This document shows positions 52,665 through 64,000 of a stretch of DNA of 64,000 nt, one piece after another. The stretch is from positions 121,582,001-121,646,000 of the forward strand of contig NC_043000.1 of the NCBI RefSeq assembly GCF_006345805.1, written 5' to 3'. The position numbers and the translations under genes were made by a program. Each line of letters starts with the position of its first letter. Position 1 is the first letter of the stretch. This DNA comes from Octopus sinensis (Eukaryota). A model generated the notes under the pieces. That model was not told the origin of the DNA. It saw only the letters and a list, made by a program, of their open reading frames with translations, and made no database searches.

Positions 52665-53277
52665 CACCTAAATGCACAGATGCACATAAATAACCACACA
52701 TGCTCACACTCACCCACACAATTTATGGGTTTGTGTGTATATTTTATCATTTTACATTTTATGGATGTATAGTGCTTTTATTTCAATCAACGTATGCTAT
52801 ATTTTATTAATCGATTATTTTATTATTTTATGTTTTTTGTTTTTGTATAATGAAATCTTCGGCAATCATCGTTTTTCTTCTATCAATAATGCTGTCGAAA
52901 TACTGACAATTCAATGTTTTCTTCAAAACATTATTGTTGTCAAAACAAATATATAAATATACAAAAGTAGGTGGACGTAATTGCTTAACAAGAGTTGAAA
53001 CCTGTATCGATGAATTTGTTTCCTTCTTGACAGTATATGCATATCATACATAGAAAACGTACAAAACGTGTCTAGACTATTATACATGGTCAATAGCTCA
53101 ATATAAGAAAGCCATTTTCTCTGGTATTTTATTAGTCACCGGTTTTCCCACTTCGTGCCTGGTTTGTATAGGGAATACATAAACATGCCTTCAACACTGA
53201 TTGTTTGACCCTTAACCTGTTATTGAATTCTCATTGCTTCTTCTAAATGGTAAGGTGAATGCCCAGGATTAAACATA

Positions 53278-53468
53278 TTAAAGGAAAGTTTACGAAAATA
53301 GACAAAAGACGAAGGCAGGTGGTGTACAAACAAACAAATGTATTAGTATAGCGCTCAGGAATAGAAAAAGTATTTTACATTTCGAGCCTACGCTCTTCCA
53401 CAGAAAGATACACAGAAAAAAAACAAGGAGAGAAAAAATGTCTGTAGTAGCTAACGATCTGTCATGGC
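53278..53468 (-). mobile_element. Family P element, copy 4
   Basis: Motif at 53372-53407: CUUU CUGUGGA A GAGC GUAG GCUC GAAAU GUA AAAU. Confidence 0.78.
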
Positions 53469-55230
53469 AACTAAATATATTAGTCGTTCATTTCCATTCT
53501 GTGTTATAAAAATTGTTCGTAATGGTAGCGGAATATTGTAGGACGATAATGAACCGATTCACATGCCTAGAGTTCAGAGCTAAAAAGAAGAGCACAGAGC
53601 TGAAGTAGGGCTCATGGTTTGGTTTCCATAAACACTTAACGCAATATACGTGACCATTTACGGTGCATTTTGGAGCAGCAAACGAGATACCATTCCCCTG
53701 CTCCATGGTTGCTGAAAGAGCTTTATCACGTTTTACTTGCAGAAAATACCATTAAGTAACCATTTACAACCTGTACAAGTCAATATCTCACCGTAATAAA
53801 TCTATGATTGATGCCAAAGAGAGAACTTTTTCTTCAGTATTAAACTTCCATTGAACATGGTGTATTTAATATTTCGTCCGAAACCTGTATAATGTACGAT
53901 GATTGAATTTTGATACAGAAAAGGGATGATTTCTGTCGATTATTTATGTGTCTGTATATGTTTGCTCGTGCAGGCATTCATGTGAGTGCTTCCAAAACTG
54001 ATGTTGTTTAATGGTTTATCTTATCATATCCCTTAAATAAGCGAATCGAACAATACAGAGCGCGAGAAATTACCTGGTAATGTGAAATAATTACATGCGT
54101 TTGATATTATCGAATTAGACCATTTCCACTGATGTTCACGCATGGCCGTTCTCTAAATGTAATAAAATTATGAAAAAGTAAATATATATATATATATGGA
54201 AACTAATAATTTATACTCGTATTTGTCTTATTTTTTCAGTACATGTAATTTCCATGTACGTTTAAGTGTGACGTAGATACACATACACTCACAACCACAT
54301 ATGTGCATTTGCATATATTGTCCTGTACCTGATATTCTTAAGTAACCAATTACACACGTTCAATGCAACGTTCCCTTTTGCCCAATTATTGCATATCTAG
54401 CCAGTATTAAACAGGTAATAATCTAGTTACGAGTATAATTTGATAATATGTGAAGTACGATATAATATATCGAGAACGTACACGAAGAATAGCGTGGATT
54501 TTCCCTTCATATCCTCTCTATATAAACAATGATATACAACTAAAATTAATAACCCAATATTAAAAAGTAGGAAAACACAAATGATGTTAAACCAAAGATA
54601 AATCATTCAGACGACTACTGTGTCATATATCAACACTTGTATTACTATTAAATGATGAGATGATCTTTAGAATATCTCGTGGAAACAGAAATACAGAAAA
54701 TCATATAAACTATTAATCAAGCAAGCCATTTGTGATGTCAGTTTAAGATAGTGTTTTTTGATCATTTCAAAACCAAAAGAAGGTACAACGTATACCCACC
54801 CAAAATACTCGTGACGACCATATTTCAGGAATTAATCTTGACAAGAATATCTTCACCAATTTACAAACATCGAAGCGTTTGCTTCAAACGCAATGTTCTA
54901 TAAATGGATGCATATAGCATTCCAATAAAAAGTGTAATAATGTTATATGTCACAGGACGAGCAGGAATAATTACACTGACATGAAGTGGTGTCTTTAGTA
55001 ATTTGATTATACGACGGTTTATGGCAAACGTGTCCAATGGAAACCTTATCACATTAGTAGAATTAATAAAGTATGTATCCAACATGAAGAGAAACTGCTC
55101 AATTTTTGCGGAATAAATGTCTGTAAGGATTAATAGAAAATCTATTACCTACATTTTATGATTCATCTGACGTATCATGTAGTTGTGCTGAATTTTGGTT
55201 TGTATTAAGCTATTAGTATACCTCTAAATT

Positions 55231-55532
55231 GGTAGCACATGGCCTAGTAGTTAGAGCAGTGGACTCGCGGTCGAGGGATCGCGGGTTGGAATCTCAGACC
55301 AGGCGATGTGTGTGTGTTTATGAGCGAAACACCTATGCTCCAACCGGCTCCGGCAGAAGGTAATGGTGAACTTCTGCTGACTATTTCGCCACACCTTTCT
55401 CTCACTATTTCCTCCTGCATCTTGCAGCTCACCAGCAACGGCCCGACGGTCCAGGTGGGGAACTTATACTTCAATGAAACCGAGAAACCGGCCCTAATGT
55501 GCCAGGCATGGCTCGAGAAGGAACAAAGAATA
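55231..55532 (+). mobile_element. tRNA-derived SINE related to the 41908-42619 family
   Basis: TGGCCTAGTAGTTAGAGCAGTGGACTCGCGGTCG..CACCTATGCTCC..GGCTCCGGCAG..GAAACCG(A)GAAACCGGCCC. Confidence 0.75.
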
Positions 55533-55774
55533 CTTTCTAAAGAAGTTGTGGAAGTTATCTTTTATCCTTCATCTTTTACTTGTTTCACTCATTAAACTGC
55601 AGCCATGCTGGGGCAAAGGCCAGAAGAAATTTTAGTCCAATGATTCCATATCCGTATTTTTATATTCTAAACCTGGTACTTGCTTTAATAAAAACACGAT
55701 TTCGTTCGTTAATACACACAGTCCTTGAATAACCATCGTTTTTCACCTCATAAAATCGAACTTGCCTCTACTCC

Positions 55775-56240
55775 TACAGAGCTCCAAACTGAAAAAAATA
55801 CGATTGAAAAAAACATGTTACAGAATAATGGACGCCAATCAAAATATCTTTAAAACACCTCACACGGGCAGAATTCAAATCAGAGAACGAATTAGAATTC
55901 CGACGTAAAAGTTGAAGAGCTGATCCCTTTTCAAAATAAAAGCAGATATGAACTACAAAACGCAAAACTTCATATACTGCATTACCTACCCAATTTTCAA
56001 AGCAAATTACATTGGCGAAACAAATAATTCCCTCTGACAACGTGCAAGAATCCACAGGCAACATATCCGACAAGAGGAACTACAGAGAATTTCATTAAGT
56101 AAGCATCTGGAAATATGCATCGACAGAAAATTCAAAAATGTTCCCTTTTAAAAATGTGCACGAGACGATCTGCTATACCGAAAAGCAATGGAACTACATT
56201 TCATCAAAAAATTCTCTCCAAAGTTGAATGTTTGAAAGAA
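55775..56240 (+). mobile_element. Penelope-like element C-terminal GIY-YIG endonuclease remnant
   Basis: FKIKADMNYKTQNFIYCITYPIFKANYIGETNNSL*QRARIHRQHIRQEELQRISLSKHLEIC..ELHFIKKFSPKLN. Confidence 0.8.
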
Positions 56241-56418
56241 AAGCAGAGACAGTACATTTTTTATTCTAAATATAATTCTAATATCAGAAATATAATGCTT
56301 ATTTCTGTAATTATTCAGGTGTATTTGTGTAGTATGGAGTTGTTTTGATAATGAAGAAATAATTTTATTTTTCCAAAATTCTGACGACATTTTTTCAAAA
56401 CCTTTGGTATTTTTCTCA

Positions 56419-56477
<59 letters not shown>

Positions 56478-56521
56478 TATATATACATGTATGTGTGTTT
56501 GTGTGTATGTTTATGTATGTG

Positions 56522-56690
56522 TGTGTACACGACGGACTTCTTTCAGTTTCTGTCAACCAAAACCACTGAAAAGTCTGTGGCTTCTCCGATGCTATAGTAT
56601 AAAACACTTGACGAAGGTACCATGGAATGGGACTGAACGCGGAACCGTATGATTGGGAAGCAAGCTCCTTACCGTACAGATATGTCTGCA
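56522..56690 (-). mobile_element. CORE-type SINE head fragment
   Basis: ACGACGGACTTCTTTCAGTTTC..CTATAGT..ACACTTG..GGGACTGAAC..GGGAAGCAAGCT. Confidence 0.6.
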
Positions 56691-57231
56691 GTTATGTATA
56701 AAATTGGCTTGTTGTCAGCTATTGTTTGTTTATAAAATTTTATTTCATATTCGACAATATCATCATGAGATACGGGGGCTCTCAGTTATAAACACATGTT
56801 CTCTGAACATATATGAATGTATGCGTGTGTGTGTGTATGTGTGTGTGTGTGCGTGTATCTGTGTGGGGGTGTCGCAGCGTTGTGGAATTGTGATGAAGTT
56901 CGTGTTTCAACTGAAACAAGGTGTGATGTGAACAGACAGTGAAAAAAGAGTGGACAGGAAACAACATGCTGGAGAAATAGATCGAGTAACTGAGAGATTA
57001 TGATATTTGAGGGATGAGAAAATAAAATATAATATCTTCATTGAATACTAAAGATAATGAGAGAGAGACAGAACTCCTGTACTGTATCTTAATACGGGTA
57101 TTTGATAAATTAAGAAGAGAAATGAATCTAGGTTTTGGTATATAAATAAAGCGGAATTTGAGTGCGACGATATGTGTGTATTTGAGTATGTGTGTCTGCC
57201 TGACAGAGTGGAAGAAAGAAACTGAGAGAAC

Positions 57232-57666
57232 GGCTGGAATTCGCCCAAAATACACTGATGATAGCCACAAAAATAAACTGAAAACAGACCAGGTTAATAA
57301 AATCTCCTGATGTAGATTTAAGTATTTGGACTGACGTGGATCGGTTTCTGCACTGGCAAAAAATCGCCATTGGATGGTGGATGTAATTGATTTCGGCGCA
57401 AAACGAATCGGTTGGGCCTCAGACTTCAAATCGATAGAATGGCGGTGTTGTCTATCATGGTAACGCGTGCTGAAGAAGCTAAGGCGTTACTATGATAGAC
57501 AACACTGCCATTCAGCTAAGGTAGAAACCGGTCCACGTGTGACCAAATACTTAAATGTACGCTAGGAGATTTTATTTACCTGATCTGCTTTCGGTCGATT
57601 TCTGTAGTTATTATCAGGGTATTTTTGGCGATATAAATATGCGTTTTTACTGTTATTTCCAGCAGG
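57232..57666 (+). mobile_element. Palindromic (fold-back) element, probably a Penelope-like terminus with an inverted copy
   Basis: Outer arms at about 57241-57350 and 57523-57631; inner 30-bp arms at 57437-57466 and 57484-57513; hammerhead core elements on the + strand. Confidence 0.65.
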
Positions 57667-58139
57667 TAAACATACTTAGTATGTCCTTTAATTAATTTTA
57701 ATTCTTCAGCTATTTCATGTTTTTCTTGGGCCTGCAACCGTCTATATTATTGATTCTGTTATTATTATATTTTAAAATAGTCATACCATATAATAACAAA
57801 ATTAATAATACTTAGCAAATTAATTTTTCGGAAATAATTTTTTCTCGTGAAATATTTGCCCTTGTACGAGAAGATATTTATATATGTATATAAATTCGTT
57901 GTCATTATACCTGATTATATTTCAATCAAAATGCTTTTGAGATGGTCTTATTAATAGATGTGTGTGTATAATATACAGTTATGTGTGTGTCTCTGTGTGT
58001 GTGTTTGTTAATTACAACCAGGATGCTAGGCTTGAATCTATCACTATCACATATGCATACTTTCACTTTCGTGCGAACGAATATATACAGAAACACACGA
58101 GCGCCAATGCACAGACAAGACACAAGTACATACCCACAT

Positions 58140-58520
58140 AAAAACTGGAGATATGTGAGAAGAATTGCCGATAAAATATGAAGAAAGTATTTATTACTCG
58201 GTTCCTTGTATACTACGCTGAGACATTTCCTGTTTTATACAAGGAAGCAGAATGTTCAAGAAAGAAAATTAACATTCGGAAACAGTTTACAGGTGAACGA
58301 ATATTTATGCGAGAGCGTGCTTTCAACAACTGTTATTTTCAGAAGAAATACTTTTCTATGATTGGAGCAAAATAGTGGCAACATGCAGCGACCTTGCTAG
58401 ACAGACTTGGTTGAAAAGAGAAGGAAAATTAAACAGATAAGAAACAGCAGACATCGACAAGTCATTATCGGAATGGCTTTAATGACAAATGTCGACTCCT
58501 GACGAATAGTAATATTCGTG
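58140..58520 (+). mobile_element. Degenerate RTE-like LINE C-terminal remnant
   Basis: YYAETFPVLYKEAEC (LYGAETWTL..AE-like) and a KREGKL..RN..HR segment resembling GKIEG.R.RGR. Confidence 0.3.
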
Positions 58521-58577
58521 TCAGAAGAACATTCACATACATATGTGCATTTGTCATACACAAATATGTGTGTGTTT

Positions 58578-58596
58578 GTGCATCTATCTATCTATC

Positions 58597-58654
<58 letters not shown>

Positions 58655-58656
58655 AT

Positions 58657-58695
<39 letters not shown>

Positions 58696-58717
58696 CAATC
58701 TATATCTATATATATAT

Positions 58718-58785
<68 letters not shown>
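58578..58785. repeat. (TATC)n-(TA)n-(CA)n microsatellite
   Basis: Directly visible. Confidence 0.95.
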
Positions 58786-58787
<2 letters not shown>

Positions 58788-59440
58788 TTAACATGAATTT
58801 ATCAGTAGTTAGCGTATACAAAAAGCATATTGGTATAATTAATTTTTATGTGTATGATTATAAAAATATAATTATAATCAATACCACGGAATTGTCAGCG
58901 CCTATACGCTACATGTAGATATCAAATACCTACATTCTACACTACAGTTTTTCTCCATTTATAGCTCAAGGCCAAATGCGAGGAAACGCGCAAAAAGAAT
59001 TTACAAATTTCGGATAATCGTATATCTTAACATTTCCTGCTCTGTAACGAAGATCTCTTTGCACTCCTTGGTAGAGATAAACCACCAATATTAAACTACA
59101 TCATATATTACGTTGATTACACACAAGATAATTTTTTTCTAGCAATTGTGCTTGTTGATTGAATTAGTTCTTGTTATCATTCGAATATATTTTGACAATC
59201 GAATAGAAATGGACAAATATCTATGGGAACAGGTAACAAAATGATATTTGGCAGTTCATCGGCTAATTACATTTCTCGTGTAGACATCGATGATTTAGTG
59301 TTGATTTGAGACAGTCGCATCATTAACCTTTAAAGCCAAGCTTCAGAAAGAGGAGTTAGATCCCTTCACGTTTTATTGCGGCTTCCCGCATACGATACAT
59401 TTACTGAGCAAGACATTTCCTCGGTATAAAATTGTATGAA

Positions 59441-59848
59441 AGTGGCGAGCTAGCAGAAATATTAGTACGCCGGGCAAAATACGTAGCCGTATTTCGTCTG
59501 TCGTTACGTTCTGAGTTCAAATTCCGCCGAGGTCGACTTTGCCTTTTATCCTATCCTTTCGAGGTCGATAAATTAAGTGCCAGTTACGTACTGGAGTCGA
59601 TGTAATCGTCTTAATCCGTTTGTCTGCCCTTGTTTGTCCCTTCTGTGTTTAGTCCCTTGTGGGTAGTAAAGAAATAGGTATCTCGTCTGTCTTTACGTTC
59701 TGAGTTCTAATTCCGCCGAGGTCGACTTTGCCTTTCATCCTTTCGAGGTCGATAAATTAAGTGCCAGTTACGTACTGGGGTCGATGTAATCGTCTTAATT
59801 CCTTGTTTGTCCCTTCTGTGTTTAGTTCCTTGTGGGTAGTAAAGAAAT
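59441..59848 (+). mobile_element. tRNA-derived SINE, head plus two units
   Basis: The second unit starts at 59677 (GGTATCTCGTCTG) directly after AAAGAAATA. Confidence 0.88.
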
Positions 59849-60030
59849 GGGTATGACATTGCATTTTCAGATTAGGTTACAATTTTTTTTTTTTTTGCCT
59901 TCATTTTCTCTCTAATCTTTGTCAGAGTTGATAATAGTAAATGTCGATGTGTTGGTTAATTGTAATTATTTTTTCTTATGTCCAAACCTATATATGGTGT
60001 GTGTGTATGTGTGTGTGTGTGTGCGTTTGT

Positions 60031-60068
<38 letters not shown>

Positions 60069-61689
60069 TGTGCATTGTCGTGTTATGCTACATTATCGAA
60101 TCCTCTTCTACTTCCTAACCAATGTGAAAAAAAATCTATCATTTGCTTTCGGGTGTGTAATCTGAATGTCGTTAATCCTGTACACATCCTTAATATGCTT
60201 TACAGTGAATATTCCCAATTATATACGTCTAAGTTATATCCTATTACAGTTATCGCTAATCAATTAACACCTGTTGTTATATTCTTAGAGTTGAGTCCTC
60301 TGGTAAGTAACAGTTTATTGCTTCGGTTATATTTCTCTTTCACTTTAAAATTTCTGATGAAACCAGCGTGTCTGCCAATGCATTGCTAATACTTAATCAT
60401 ATTTAATTTCATTATTTCAATAGCTTCATCTAGGGTTTATTGTCCATTTAGAGGCATATGTATTATTTCTGCCCTTCAGCATAGCTGTAATGGCTGTTTT
60501 TAACCTATGTTTTATATATTTCGCCCTTTTTCTATTACAATTTTCATTAACATCGTGCAAATCTTTGCAACAAAAGCTTTTTATCTCTACAATAATAGAC
60601 CCCTGATAACATTATTATGGTAATTACAACCTTTTTGGTCTGATATAACAACCACAAATGGCAAAGAGAATCAGAGAATTCGCCACGAAAAGAATTTCAT
60701 TTTCTTTCTGCATAAAAGAAAACGCAGCTGTTTCTGTGAGTGTGGGACATCTTGCGCCTGTCATCGCATATTTAATATAACTTATTAGTTCTAACGCTTC
60801 CTTGCTTACATTTCTTTCAATTATTCCTACAGTTATCAATCTTAGACAAATATTTAAAAGATATATATATATAGAGAGAGAGAGAGAAAGAGAGAACAAA
60901 TTAATAAATAAAGATATGCATATATACATACCTACTTCTATATGTATATATACATGCATAAATGGGTACAGGACACCAAAAACATGTAGAACCCAACGAG
61001 AAACGAAAACATAAAAACAAACACATGGAAACGGACTTTTTCAAACAACGAAAACGCAGAGTACAAGACATACAACACAAGGAACATTCCCGTTCTTTAG
61101 CTGCCCCTGCTTCGACTACTCCGTGTTTCGAAGGTAAGGGCAAGACACGACGTCTTTCAAGCACTCGTTCCCGCAAAGCAAATTAAATATAATTTGGGAT
61201 TTTTATTGCGGAAGAGTAAAAATGGTGACAAGAAGTGGACAGTAAAAACAAAATAAGACAGTAAAAACAATACAAAAAAAAACACTAAAAGACAGGACAA
61301 GGAGTATAACACAGTATGTGTCTAAAACAAAAAAATTGTCTATGCATATTTTGCGAGCTGTGGTTATTTTTATATCTATACTTAATGGTATTAAACTGAA
61401 CCTATGATAGATTTGTTGCGTTTCTTGCCTTTCTGGGGTAGGTTGTGTTATATATATATAACTCATTTAAAAATTTTATTTCAAAATTTCTTGCCGATAG
61501 AGAAGGGGTCGTTGTCTAACATAGATCCAAGGTTCCTTCACAGGAATTTCAAAACAAACAGAATATTTTTATATGTATGTATGTATGTAAGTTTGTATGT
61601 ATATGTTCAGATTTGTGTATTCTTTAAAGTATATATTCTCATGCGTATAAAATATCATGTCAAGACATGTTCATATATGCTTAAATGAT

Positions 61690-62225
61690 AAAATCCTTGA
61701 AAAGTTTACAGATTTCTACAGTTCCAGTGATGTCTTGGATCTGTAGTCTGAATAATCTGAAACAGGTTTCTCCTTTCTTGTTCTGAGAACCCTAATTTCT
61801 AACGATTGCTATTTCGGCAGTTTGTTATAGATCCCAGTGCTCCAATAATTACAGGTATAAACCTGAGCTGACAATCTGGATAGAGTAGCTGTAGATTCCT
61901 CAATAGCTCAGCGTAGGTAATCTTTTTTCTGATAATCTTTAGCTTTATGTTAACATCAGTTGAGCAGTTGATTTCCACAAGTGTATACAGCTTCTCTACT
62001 CCATCCAAAACTCCTCTGTCAGATCTCTTATGCTTACATTTTTTTGAGGTTTTCACTTGGACATTCCACCAGTAATCCTTTTTATTATGAGTGGCTATGA
62101 CTTCTATAGTAATTTAGGTTCTTATTTCTTTGACCTCAGCGTCATCTTTTCGACGGATCTCATTATACAATGACCTAGCTACAGCATCATGTTTCATGTA
62201 TCTCTCTTCTAATTTTTAAATATCA
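61690..62225 (-). mobile_element. REL-type LINE 3' fragment D
   Basis: RYMKHDAVARSLYNEIRRK..YWWNVQVKT..HKR..LVEINC..YAELLRNLQLLYP..FIPVIIGALG. Confidence 0.8.
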
Positions 62226-62234
62226 TAGGTTATC

Positions 62235-63155
62235 CACTGGGGAGGGAGCGGATACAAAGCTTCATGTTTGGGTTGTAATTAACACAGACATTTGGAACTT
62301 GAGAAAGGTCTGGCATATTTTTACTGTTTCACTCACAGATTCCACTTGTAATCTACGAATTAGCCGGTCAATTTCTCTTTCTGTAAATCCCAATTTATCC
62401 AGATTCTTTTTAAGCATGTACGAAACCTAGCGCTCAAATTATTATTCGTATGCATATGAATTCACAGTCTGGATATAGAAGCTGGAGGTTTCAAAGCAGA
62501 TGTCCATAGATATCCTGTTTTTTCTTCAAAGAGATATTTATACCAGGCTGACCTGTATGATTGTACATACCTTTGCCCCTCTGTCCCAAACAACAATATT
62601 CGGTCTGTTGTTTCATTTGAAAGATGTTTTGATGCAAATATCCCATCAGTATTCCTTGAGTTGGTGCTTATGAATGTATTTCATAACAGAGGAATATTCT
62701 ATGTTTATTTCAGGACAGTCTGTTTTGAGGATGGCCTTGTAATTTGTTTTAGCAACAACACTGTCCCGAATGTTGAAGTAGTACAGTGACGACATTTGGG
62801 GACAGCTGCTAAATCACCTGCATAATATCTTCCACAGAAGCATGACATAGCCTACACATGCCGTTGCAGTTTGGAATTACGAGAGCGTCTCTGTCTCTCT
62901 TGTTCACCAGGTACTTTGTGGCAATCTCCTCTTCCTGGATTACAAATGAATAACCTTGAACATGTGATTAGTGGTCTTGGGTTCAAGATAGGCTGCGCTT
63001 CGTGACAATTCTACTGTCATCTTCAAACCTATGCATGTATTTTGTTTTTGAAATGCTGATTGCTTTCCATCCAGCCTTCTCTGAGGTAAGAGAGTTCAGC
63101 ACGTTTGGGACTGTATAGGAGAGCATCAGGAAGTGTGTTTTTTTAGGTGTTCATG
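62235..63155 (-). mobile_element. REL-type LINE 3' fragment E (CCHC plus REL), same family as D
   Basis: QEEEIATKYLVNKRDRD..CRLCHAS..SSCPQMSS..RDSV..EYWWDICIK..NRPNIVVWDR..NLQLLYP..ESVSETVKICQTFLKF across frameshifts. Confidence 0.8.
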
Positions 63156-63855
63156 TAAACTCGTGCAATGTATGTATGTATGTATGAATGTATCTATGTA
63201 TCTATGTATCTATGTATCTATGCATGCATGCATATATGTATGTAATTCACAGAAATATTGGGTACACCAATGAATAGTTGGTTTTCTCACTTCACTTATG
63301 TAATATATTGTTTCTGGTTTTGTTGGTAATTTAGATAGGTTTTCGACAGTTAATCAAATTCCAAGCGACAGTTTTTTATCCTGTGGATATCATTTGCGAA
63401 AATGTTTATGGCCTTAATGAAGACAGTCAGGTAACGGAATTTGTTGTAAGTTTGTAGGAAGATAAGTGATGTTAATTATTGCTTTCTTAAATTGCTGACA
63501 TACAACATTCAGTTTAACTATCTTTTTCTAAGAATATACAGATATGTGTGCGAAGGCTAACTATGTAAGTTCATAATGCTTTTTAATAGTTTTCACGTAG
63601 TACACTCGAATACAGGTCGCGGTCTTATAGCGACGAAAATATTTTGACAAATTAAACTTAAATCTTTAAGTGAATCGAACGGCTTTGTGTGTTTCTTATA
63701 TGGCTTACAAACACCTTCCACGCTGCAATTGTTTTCGTTCCAGCACACGATCTCAGATCAAATCACTTGCTGTGCAAGTACATCTCCGTAATATATATCT
63801 ATATGTGTGTGTTTTAACTGAAAAAAAAATGTAAAAGTTGAAATTGTTGCTAAAT

Positions 63856-64000
63856 GCGAAGAGAGTGGCTGTGTGGTAAGTAGCTTGCTAACCAACCACA
63901 TGGTTCCGGGTTCAGTCCCACTGCGTGGCATCTTGGGCAAGTGTCTTCTGCTATAGCCCCGGGCCGACCAATGCCTTGTGAGTGGATTTGGTAGACGGAA
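63856..64000 (+). mobile_element. tRNA/CORE-type SINE 5' part, runs off the window end
   Basis: GAGTGGCTGTGTGGTAAGTAGCTTGCT..GGTTCAGTCCCACTGCGTGGCATCTTGGGCAAGTGTCTT. Confidence 0.88.

Noticed and set aside
57232-57670. piggyBac-type MITE interpretation of the palindrome
   Set aside because: No intact TTAA or CCC/GGG termini; the hammerhead and asymmetry fit a Penelope-like origin better.
61085-61175. Minus-strand ..CCTTCGAAACACGG segment resembling a Penelope terminus
   Set aside because: The first core and stems are too degenerate.

Overview
AT-rich eukaryotic non-coding DNA saturated with microsatellites ((TA)n, (CA)n, (TAA)n, (AGAT)n, (TTC)n) and decayed transposons. The SINE families and repeat load look like an octopod cephalopod, but that is recognition from memory and needs BLAST confirmation. 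No host protein-coding gene, rRNA, true tRNA or CRISPR array can be supported, and almost all ORFs in the track are simple-repeat artefacts. Recognisable content: two mariner remnants; five fragments of REL-endonuclease (R4/Dong-like) LINEs plus a 3'UTR-only stub; Penelope-like GIY-YIG remnants; a Helentron-type non-autonomous insert; and about 20 tRNA-derived SINE copies. The most interesting signals are (1) several unrelated small (TA)n-associated elements carrying minimal type-I hammerhead ribozyme motifs: one with a fully intact core at 21366-21408, a two-copy family in which the hammerhead sits between 46-bp inverted repeats, a four-copy family with a variant CUGU(A/G)GA core, and one inside a ~400-bp palindrome; (2) a SINE subfamily that occurs mostly as one head plus 2-4 headless tandem units, including a tetramer bracketed by a 40-bp direct repeat; (3) snap-back inverted duplications at retro-insertion junctions; (4) a 14-bp target present three times around a three-SINE chimera and a hammerhead element. 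All alignments and folds were done by eye and coordinates of degenerate elements are approximate.
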